Shown one piece after another: positions 57,085 through 64,000 of a stretch of 64,000 nucleotides of DNA. The stretch is taken from contig JAXHMG010000003.1 of the NCBI GenBank assembly GCA_034521595.1, positions 832,001 to 896,000 of the forward strand, in the 5' to 3' direction. Position 1 is the first letter of the stretch. The number at the start of each line of letters is the position of its first letter. Position numbers and translations under genes: made by a program. This DNA comes from Gemmatimonadota bacterium (lineage in GTDB: Bacteria > Gemmatimonadota > Gemmatimonadetes > Longimicrobiales > Gaopeijiaceae). Below the pieces are notes generated by a model. It ran no database searches. It saw only the letters and a list, made by a program, of their open reading frames with translations, and was not told where the DNA came from.

Positions 57085-58478
57085 GCGACCCGCGAAGCTC
57101 GATCCCGTCGGTCGACAAGCTGCTGCTGGAGGCCACCTTCGTGGCGCTCGTGGAAGAGTACGGCCACGACCGTGTCGTGCGGGCGACGCGTGAGGTCATC
57201 GCCACGGTGCGGGCCTCCATCGCTCGGGGTGAGGTGCCGGAGGGGGTCGCCGACCCGGCACGCTACGCCGCTCGGGTGCGCGCGAGCCTCGAAGCCGCGG
57301 ACGTGCCTTCGTTGCGGCCGGTCGTGAACGCGACGGGGGTCGTGTTGCATACCAACCTGGGTCGCGCACCCCTCGCCGACGAGGCGGTTCGGGCGATGTC
57401 GAGGGCGGCGCACGGGTACACGAACCTGGAGTACGACCTGGAGTCCGGGACGAGGGGCTCTCGTTACGTTCACTGTGTTGCCCTGTTGACCGAGCTGACC
57501 GGCGCGGAGGACGCGTTGGTGGTCAACAACGCCGCCGCGGCGCTTCTGCTCGCGTTGAACACGCTGGGCCGGGGAGCGGGCGTGGCCGTGTCCCGCGGCG
57601 AGCTCGTGGAGATCGGAGGGGGCTTCCGGATTCCGGAGATCCTCGAGCGCTCGGGCGCGCGCCTCGTGGAGGTCGGGAGCACCAACCGCACACGCCTGGC
57701 CGACTACCGGGCGGTGCTGGCTCGTGAGGAGCTCCGTGCGGTCCTCAAGGTGCACCGCTCGAATTTCCGGATCACGGGCTTCACCGAAGAAGCGTCCCTC
57801 GAGGCGCTCGTCGAGGCCGCGGGGGAGCACGGAACGCCCCTGATCTATGATGTCGGGTCGGGCCTCATGGTGGATCCGGCGCGGTTGGGGCTCCCCCACG
57901 AGCCGCGTCCCGTGGATGCGGTGGAGGCCGGCGCCGATCTGGTCGTCTTCTCGGGCGACAAGCTCCTGGGCGGCCCTCAGGCCGGGCTCGTGCTCGGCCG
58001 CGCCGAGCTGGTGGAGCGGATGCGAAAGAACCCGCTGTGCCGTGCGGTCAGGGTCGACAAGACCACCCTCGCGGCCCTCGAGGCCACGCTCCGGCAGTAC
58101 CGGGACCCGGATCGTGCGCTGCGAACCCTTCCCACGCTCGTCATGCTGGCGGCCGATCCCGACGATCTGCGGGAGCGAGCGGGCGAGATCGCGCGCCGCC
58201 TCGAAGGCGAAGGGGTTGCATGCGACGTGCGGGAAGTGCGCGGTGCCGTGGGGGGAGGCACGTATCCCGGTGTCGAGCTTCCGTCATGGGCGGTCGTGCC
58301 CCGGGTGCGAGGCTCGGCCCAGGTCGTCTCCGAACGCCTGAGGGTGGGGGGAGAACCGGTCGTGGGACGGATCGTCGACGACCGCCTGGTGCTGGACCTC
58401 CGGACCGTGCTTCCGAGTCAGGACGAGACCCTGGTGCGCCGGATCCGGGCCGTTGCCGCGGAGCCCTCGAGCTCGTGA
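57081..58478 (+). CDS. selA: L-seryl-tRNA(Sec) selenium transferase
   Basis: NATGVVLHTNLGRAPL, NLEYDL..G.RGSR, VNNAAAA, SRGELVEIGGGFRIP, EVGSTNRT, FSGDKLLGGPQAG. Confidence 0.95.
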   Translation: MSDPRSSIPSVDKLLLEATFVALVEEYGHDRVVRATREVIATVRASIARGEVPEGVADPARYAARVRASLEAADVPSLRPVVNATGVVLHTNLGRAPLADEAVRAMSRAAHGYTNLEYDLESGTRGSRYVHCVALLTELTGAEDALVVNNAAAALLLALNTLGRGAGVAVSRGELVEIGGGFRIPEILERSGARLVEVGSTNRTRLADYRAVLAREELRAVLKVHRSNFRITGFTEEASLEALVEAAGEHGTPLIYDVGSGLMVDPARLGLPHEPRPVDAVEAGADLVVFSGDKLLGGPQAGLVLGRAELVERMRKNPLCRAVRVDKTTLAALEATLRQYRDPDRALRTLPTLVMLAADPDDLRERAGEIARRLEGEGVACDVREVRGAVGGGTYPGVELPSWAVVPRVRGSAQVVSERLRVGGEPVVGRIVDDRLVLDLRTVLPSQDETLVRRIRAVAAEPSSS

Positions 58479-59041
58479 AGCCTCTCGCGAGCGCTCGGCC
58501 GGCCGTGTTCCTCGACCGGGACGGCACGTTGATCCGGGAACGGTCGTATCTCGCCGACCCCGACGACGTCGAGCTCGTGCCGGGCGCCATCGAGGCCCTC
58601 CACGCCCTGCGGGAGGCGGGCTGGCCTTACGTGATCGTGACCAACCAGTCCGGGATCGCCCGTGGCTTGTACAGTGAAGCGGCCTACCGAGCCGTGGCGG
58701 ATCGCCTCCAGAGCGTGCTCGAAGACGCGGGCGTGCCTCCGGCGGCGACGCGCTATTGTCCGCACCACCCCGACCACACCGGTCCCTGCGACTGCCGCAA
58801 GCCGGCGACCGGCATGTACCGGCGCGCCGCGGCCGAAGCGAACCTCTCCCTCGCCGGCTCGTACTACGTGGGCGACAAGCTCACCGACGTGCTTCCGGCC
58901 CGATCGCTCGGGGGAAGGGGCGTGCTGGTCCGTACCGGATACGGTGCCGAGCAGGAGACCGAGGCTCCGCCTGGAGTCGTGGTCGTCCACGATCTTGCTT
59001 CGGCCGTGCGCTGGATCGTCAACGAGGGCTCACGGCGTTGA
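58475..59041 (+). CDS. gmhB: D,D-heptose 1,7-bisphosphate phosphatase (HAD-IIIA)
   Basis: FLDRDGT, VTNQSGIARG, CPHHP...CDCRKP, VGD. Confidence 0.88.
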   Translation: MKPLASARPAVFLDRDGTLIRERSYLADPDDVELVPGAIEALHALREAGWPYVIVTNQSGIARGLYSEAAYRAVADRLQSVLEDAGVPPAATRYCPHHPDHTGPCDCRKPATGMYRRAAAEANLSLAGSYYVGDKLTDVLPARSLGGRGVLVRTGYGAEQETEAPPGVVVVHDLASAVRWIVNEGSRR

Positions 59042-59066
59042 CCCTTTTCGGGGCCGCGGATAGCTT
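59038..59066 (+). promoter_or_regulatory. Sigma70-type promoter of the Fe-S carrier gene
   Basis: TTGACC-17 nt-TAGCTT. Confidence 0.6.
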
Positions 59067-59185
59067 TTGGCAGGATCACCTGAAACCCGTTTTCAACGAG
59101 CGGGTACCAGTGAAGCGAGAGGGCCGAAACGACGGCCCCAACACTTCGAGACCTTCGGTACGGGTCAAAAGAGAGCAGTTCACGC

Positions 59186-59512
59186 ATGCTCACACTTACG
59201 CAAACCGCTTCCGAGAAGGTGCACGAGTTCATCAAGGAGCACGGTGTCGAAGGGGATACCGGGCTGCGGGTGGCCGTGTTGCCGGGAGGCTGCTCGGGCT
59301 TTCAGTACGGCCTGAATATCGAGGAAGCCCCCGAGGACGACGACGAGGTCCTCGACGTGCAAGGCGTTCGGGTCTTCGTGGATCCCTTCAGCGCCCAATA
59401 CCTCGACGGCGTCGAGATCGACTACGTGACGAGCTTCATGGGCCAGGGCTTCTCTTTCCGTAACCCGAACGCCAGCGGTGGCTGCGGGTGCGGAAGCTCG
59501 TTCACGGTTTGA
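59186..59512 (+). CDS. A-type Fe-S cluster carrier (HesB/IscA/ErpA family)
   Basis: GGCSGFQY, NPNASGGCGCGSSF. Confidence 0.94.
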   Translation: MLTLTQTASEKVHEFIKEHGVEGDTGLRVAVLPGGCSGFQYGLNIEEAPEDDDEVLDVQGVRVFVDPFSAQYLDGVEIDYVTSFMGQGFSFRNPNASGGCGCGSSFTV

Positions 59513-59542
59513 CGCGCCGGCCCCGGGGCCGGTAGGCAAGAC

Positions 59543-60196
59543 GTGCGTATCCAGACCTATACCGGCGGAAACTTCGGCCAGAACGCCTACCTCGCCATTT
59601 GCGAGGCGTCCGATGTCGCGGTGGCGATCGATCCGGGCGGGGGCACGGACCGTATGGTGGCCGACCTCGAAGAGCGAGGGCATACCCTCGAGGCCATCGT
59701 GCTCACACACGCCCACCTCGACCACGTCGAAGGCGTGCACCTCGTGCGCCGCTTCGCTCCGGACGTTCCGATCTACCTGCATCCGGACGACTTCGACCTC
59801 TACCGGTCGTTGCCGCAGCAGGCCGCCATGTTCGGTCTAAGAGCGGACCCGCAGCCCGAGCCCACCGACGAGCTCGTTCCCGGCCGACGCTTCGAGTTCG
59901 GGCAGTGCGGCTTCGACATCCGGTTCACGCCCGGGCACGCGCCCGGTCACGTCATCCTCGTGGCGCCCGAGGACGGATTGGCCGTCACCGGAGACGTCGT
60001 CTTCCAGGGCTCGATCGGCCGCACCGACCTTCCGGGCGGCGACTTCAAGACGCTGATGGCCTCGATCCGTCAGGAAGTCCTCTCCCTGCCGGACGAAATC
60101 ACGATGTATCCGGGCCATGGTCCCCCGACGACCGTCGGCGCCGAGCGCGCGACGAACCCGTTCCTGATCCCGCACTACGGCGGCGAGCTGGCGTGA
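59543..60196 (+). CDS. Metallo-beta-lactamase fold hydrolase (glyoxalase II/YcbL-like)
   Basis: THAHLDH, TPGHAPG, GD..FQGSIGRTD, PGHG, NPF. Confidence 0.9.
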   Translation: MRIQTYTGGNFGQNAYLAICEASDVAVAIDPGGGTDRMVADLEERGHTLEAIVLTHAHLDHVEGVHLVRRFAPDVPIYLHPDDFDLYRSLPQQAAMFGLRADPQPEPTDELVPGRRFEFGQCGFDIRFTPGHAPGHVILVAPEDGLAVTGDVVFQGSIGRTDLPGGDFKTLMASIRQEVLSLPDEITMYPGHGPPTTVGAERATNPFLIPHYGGELA

Positions 60197-60846
60197 GCCC
60201 GCCGCTTCGCGCAGCGGTTTTCGCGTCGGGCGGCGGCACGAACCTCCAGTCACTCCTGGATCACGGGGCCGAGGCCTGGCGCGTGGCGTTGGTGGTCTCC
60301 GATCGCCCCGATGCCGGTGCCTTACGACGTGCCGGGCGCGCCGACGTGCCGACCGTGGTGGTTCCGCACGCCTCCGGCGCGACCGAAGACCCGGCCGGCC
60401 GCATGCTCACCGCGCTCGCGGAGCACGACATCGACTTCGTCCTCCTCGCGGGTTACATGAAGCTGGTTCCCGCCGAGGTCGTGGAGCGCTATACCGACCG
60501 CATCGTGAACGTGCACCCGGCCCTTCTCCCGTCGTTCGGGGGCAAGGGAATGTACGGCATCCACGTGCATCGCGCGGTGCTCCAGGCCGGCGTGCGCCTG
60601 ACCGGGCCCACCGTGCACCTCGTCGACGAAGTCTACGACCGGGGCCGGATCATCGCCCAGTGGCCGGTGCCGGTGAAAGCGGACGACACACCGGAGGACG
60701 TGGCCGCCCGCGTGCTCCGGGTGGAACACTCGCTCTATCCGAGGGTGGTGGACCACCTCGCGGCCGCGTGGCGCGCCGGACGCACGCCCGGGCCGCTCGA
60801 TGAATCCGGCGCGGCGTTCCGGCTGACCGACTCCCCGGACGTCTGA
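60193..60846 (+). CDS. purN: Phosphoribosylglycinamide formyltransferase
   Basis: ASGGGTNLQ, LAGYMK, NVHPALLPSFGG, TVHLVDEVYDRG. Confidence 0.95.
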   Translation: MSPPLRAAVFASGGGTNLQSLLDHGAEAWRVALVVSDRPDAGALRRAGRADVPTVVVPHASGATEDPAGRMLTALAEHDIDFVLLAGYMKLVPAEVVERYTDRIVNVHPALLPSFGGKGMYGIHVHRAVLQAGVRLTGPTVHLVDEVYDRGRIIAQWPVPVKADDTPEDVAARVLRVEHSLYPRVVDHLAAAWRAGRTPGPLDESGAAFRLTDSPDV

Positions 60847-60878
60847 CCCCTGAATCCCCTCCGACAGAGAGAAAAGTC

Positions 60879-62537
60879 ATGAAGCGGGCGCTCATCAGCG
60901 TATCCGACAAGAACGGCATCGTGGACTTCGCGAAGGCGCTCGCCGAGCGTGGATGGGAGCTCCTCTCCACCGGCGGGACCGCCAAGGCGCTCCGCGACGC
61001 CGGCCTCGACGTGACGAGCGTGACCGACGTGACCGGCCACCCGGAGATGATGGAGGGCCGGGTCAAGACGCTCCATCCGGCCATCCATGCGGGCCTCCTG
61101 GCGCGCCGCGACCGATCCGACGACCTCGAAGCGCTGGAGGCGCACGGCTACGGAACCATCGACCTCGTCGCCGTGAACCTCTACCCGTTCCGGGAGACCG
61201 TGGCCGAGGGCGGCGTGCCGGTACCGAGGGCCATGGAGAACGTCGACATCGGCGGCCCGACCATGATCCGCGCGGCGGCCAAGAGCCACCGTGACGTGTG
61301 GGTCGTGGTCGATCCGGAGGACTACGCCGACGTGCTCGAGGCCGTCGACGCTCCAGAGGAGGACGCGTCGGAGGCCGAGGACCTGCGCCGTCGTCTCGCA
61401 GCCAAGGTCTTCCGGCACATGAGCGGGTACGACGCCGCGGTCGCGGACTACCTCGAGGCCGAGGCCGAAGTCGAGTTCGATCCCACCCCCGAGACGCTGG
61501 ATTTCTCCTTCGAGCGCGTGCAGACGCTCCGCTACGGGGAAAACCCGGACCAGGAAGCCGCGTTCTACGCACCGGCCGGCCACCGTGTGGGCATTTCCGC
61601 GCTCGAGCAGCACCATGGCAAGGAGCTGAGCTACAACAACCTGCTCGACCTCGACGGTGCCCTCCTGAGCCTCGCTCCGTTCGCGCTCTCGACCCGGGCC
61701 GCGGTGTGCATCGTCAAGCACACGACCCCCTGTGGGCTCGGGGTGGCCGACGACCTCGCCGACGCCTACCGGAAAGCGCTGGCCACGGATCCCGTCAGCG
61801 CGTTCGGCTCGGTCATCGCCGTGAACCGTGAAGTCGACCAGGCCACGGCGGAGCTCCTGTCGGAGCTGTTCGTGGAGTGTGTCGTCGCTCCCGGATACGA
61901 CCAGTCCGCCATGGCGACGCTCACCGAGAAGAAGAACGTCCGACTCCTGACCTTTCCGGAGTTCGAAGGGTCCGTGCCATCGTGGGTGTCCGCCGCCTGG
62001 GAGGGCGATGAGGACGCGCTGGGGCAGGTCGCGTTCCTCGCCGTGCACGGCGCGCTCCCCGTGCCACGGGTCTTCCGCTCGGTGTCCGGCGGCCTCCTCG
62101 TGCAGACCCCTCCAGTGCCTCCGTTCTTCGGGCTGGCGGACCATGACTGGCAGGTCGTCACCGATCGCGTTCCCGATGACCGCGAGCACGACGACCTCGC
62201 ATTCGCCTGGGGCGCGATCTTCGGCGTCAAGTCGAACGCCATCATGCTGGCCCGGGACGGCGCGGTTCTCGGAATCGGGGCCGGTCAGATGAGCCGCGTC
62301 GATTCCTCCAAGATCGCCGTCCGCAAGGCTTCCGACGCCGGTCTCGACCTGACCGGCTCGGTGCTCGCCTCCGACGCCTTCTTCCCCTTCCGAGACGGCG
62401 TCGACGCGGCGGCCGAGGCGGGGGTGCGCGCCGTCATCCAACCCGGCGGCTCCAAGCGCGACCAGGAAGTCATCGACGCCGCCAACGAGCACGGCATCGC
62501 GATGGTGTTCACGGGACGGAGGTTGTTCCGGCACTAG
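60879..62537 (+). CDS. purH: Bifunctional AICAR transformylase/IMP cyclohydrolase
   Basis: [59 protein letters not shown]. Confidence 0.97.
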   Translation: MKRALISVSDKNGIVDFAKALAERGWELLSTGGTAKALRDAGLDVTSVTDVTGHPEMMEGRVKTLHPAIHAGLLARRDRSDDLEALEAHGYGTIDLVAVNLYPFRETVAEGGVPVPRAMENVDIGGPTMIRAAAKSHRDVWVVVDPEDYADVLEAVDAPEEDASEAEDLRRRLAAKVFRHMSGYDAAVADYLEAEAEVEFDPTPETLDFSFERVQTLRYGENPDQEAAFYAPAGHRVGISALEQHHGKELSYNNLLDLDGALLSLAPFALSTRAAVCIVKHTTPCGLGVADDLADAYRKALATDPVSAFGSVIAVNREVDQATAELLSELFVECVVAPGYDQSAMATLTEKKNVRLLTFPEFEGSVPSWVSAAWEGDEDALGQVAFLAVHGALPVPRVFRSVSGGLLVQTPPVPPFFGLADHDWQVVTDRVPDDREHDDLAFAWGAIFGVKSNAIMLARDGAVLGIGAGQMSRVDSSKIAVRKASDAGLDLTGSVLASDAFFPFRDGVDAAAEAGVRAVIQPGGSKRDQEVIDAANEHGIAMVFTGRRLFRH

Positions 62538-62539
62538 GC

Positions 62540-62571
62540 ATACGGGCGGCCGGCTTCAGCGGCGCCCGTAT
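62540..62571 (+). terminator. Hairpin after purH
   Basis: ATACGGGCG...CGCCCGTAT stem directly after the stop; weak T tail. Confidence 0.5.
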
Positions 62572-62629
62572 CCGCGTTTCAACCGCGAATCTCGGTCGCC
62601 CTGGGCGCGTCCGGTACGTTCATCGCGAT

Positions 62630-62658
62630 TTGCGTTTCGCCATCCAGCGTGGTATTAG
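62630..62658 (+). promoter_or_regulatory. Sigma70-type promoter of the TonB-dependent receptor
   Basis: TTGCGT-17 nt-TATTAG with TG extended -10. Confidence 0.45.
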
Positions 62659-62723
62659 GAAGAGACAGACTTTCGTCCCCTGGAGGGGGACGGAAGTGAG
62701 CTAATGCCACGATGGAGGCCTGT

Positions 62724-64000
62724 ATGGGTACGAACACGTCGTATGGGAGCATGAACGATCCCGGTGGAACAGGGCGTTCCACCCGCGGACGAGTGGGAGT
62801 GGTGGCCCTGGTGGCAGCCGGTCTTTCGCTCCTCGCGAGTCCGGTGAGCATCCAGGCCCAAACCGGTCAGGTCACCGGCACCGTGACGGCCGCGAGCACC
62901 GGCGCACCGCTCGGGGAAGTCCAGGTCTTCATCGTGGACGCCGAGTTGGGCACCCTGAGCCGATCCAACGGCCGATTCCTGATCCTGAACGTGCCCGCCG
63001 GAAGCTACGAAGTGCGAGCGGAGCGTATCGGCTACGGAGCGGCGACCCAGACGGTGGACGTCACCGCGGGTGGGACCGCGGTCGCGGACTTCAGCCTCGG
63101 GGAAGAGGCCTTGGGGCTCGACGAGATCGTCGTGACCGGGACCGCAGGCCAGTCGCGCCGACGCGAGATCGGAAACGCGATCAACCAGATCAATGTCGGG
63201 GAAATCCCGGATCGGCCCGTCAGCACGACGGACCTTCTCCAGGGTTCGGCTCCAGGCATCGAGATCACAGGAGGGAGCGGAGAGCTCGGGCAGGGCAAGC
63301 AGATCCGCCTCCGCGGCAACTCCTCGGTGTCGATGACGAACCAGCCGATCATCTACATCGACGGTGTCCGCATGATGGATGGGGCCTTCCCCACGGTGGA
63401 CGGCCAGGACTTTCCAGGCGGTCGTGGCGCGTTGGTAACCGCGAGCCCCTTGGACAACATCAACCCCAACGACATCGAGCGCATCGAGGTCATCAAGGGC
63501 TCCGCGGCCACGACGCTGTTCGGGACCGAGGCATCCGCGGGCGTCATCCAGGTGTTCACCAAGAGAGGCTCGAGCGGCGCGCCCGTATGGACGGCCGAGA
63601 TGCAGCAGGGTACGGGATGGGTCAAGGAGTTCGGAGCGAACGGCGTGCAGTATCTCCACATGGAGCACTACCTCCGCGACCCCTGGTGGGGTGGCGGGTA
63701 CGAGGGTGGTGAGCTCTCCGAGCCGTGCGTGACGGAGCCCGACTCCCGGTGGGGAGATCACAACAGCAGCGCGGAGGGGGCGTGTAGCTGGCCCGGCTCC
63801 GTCTGGCTGCAGAACTACAACCTGTCGGTACGCGGAGGCGGTCAGGACCTTCAGTACTTCATGTCCGGCCAGTACCAGGACGATACCGGGGTGATGCCGA
63901 ACGACTACCTGGAAAAGTACAACTTCCGGGGCAACTTCACGGTCACCCCGACCGAGGGGCTGCAGATCCAGTGGAACACGGGATATACCAACCAGTGGCA
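62724..64000 (+). CDS. SusC/RagA-like TonB-dependent outer membrane receptor, 5' part (runs off window end)
   Basis: Not in the ORF track because it has no stop. Signal peptide, CarboxypepD_reg-like domain (QTGQVTGTV..RIGY), LDEIVVTG, IRLRGNSS, PIIYIDGV, INPNDIERIEVIKGSAATTLFGTEASAGVIQVFTK. Confidence 0.92.
   Translation, partial: MGTNTSYGSMNDPGGTGRSTRGRVGVVALVAAGLSLLASPVSIQAQTGQVTGTVTAASTGAPLGEVQVFIVDAELGTLSRSNGRFLILNVPAGSYEVRAERIGYGAATQTVDVTAGGTAVADFSLGEEALGLDEIVVTGTAGQSRRREIGNAINQINVGEIPDRPVSTTDLLQGSAPGIEITGGSGELGQGKQIRLRGNSSVSMTNQPIIYIDGVRMMDGAFPTVDGQDFPGGRGALVTASPLDNINPNDIERIEVIKGSAATTLFGTEASAGVIQVFTKRGSSGAPVWTAEMQQGTGWVKEFGANGVQYLHMEHYLRDPWWGGGYEGGELSEPCVTEPDSRWGDHNSSAEGACSWPGSVWLQNYNLSVRGGGQDLQYFMSGQYQDDTGVMPNDYLEKYNFRGNFTVTPTEGLQIQWNTGYTNQW

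Noticed and set aside
59186-59512. HesB-like selenoprotein near selA
   Set aside because: All Cys motifs use TGC codons; there is no in-frame UGA.
62572-62723. Possible cobalamin or TPP riboswitch upstream of the TonB-dependent receptor
   Set aside because: No B12-box or TPP core consensus seen; only a promoter-like sequence and one hairpin (CTTTCGTCCCC-tgga-GGGGGACGGAAG).

Overview
High-GC (roughly two-thirds G+C by eye) bacterial core-genome window, nearly all genes on the + strand. Gene order and protein style suggest Gemmatimonadota (Longimicrobiales-like); this is inference only. Content: gatA(3')-gatB, murA, rimP-nusA-L7Ae-infB-DUF503-rbfA-truB-ribF-rpsO-pnp, M16 peptidase-ald-dut, mreBCD-mrdA-rodA-accD-folC, hisS-proS-guaA, M48 protease, clpB, mce, trxA, then rsmI-DUF4159-DUF4175-TPR-exported GATase-like-JAB/DinG, FAH-aminotransferase-TolA-like protein, valS-Ig-like lipoprotein-selA-gmhB, iscA/erpA-MBL hydrolase-purN-purH, and the start of a SusC-like TonB-dependent receptor. 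I saw no rRNA, tRNA, CRISPR array, prophage or transposase. The most striking object is a 361-bp TA-flanked miniature element (39670-40030) with perfect 29-bp terminal inverted repeats. It sits in frame (+121 codons, no stop) in the signal peptide of the DUF4159 gene. It carries two oppositely oriented copies of a 48-nt hairpin motif in which 12 of the 13 differences are compensatory base-pair changes. Other notable items are a RadC-like JAB-DinG fusion, a TolA/TonB-type anchored protein with an unrecognised C-terminal domain, a Cys-to-Asp MurA, selA without other sel genes, and several candidate cis-regulatory leaders.
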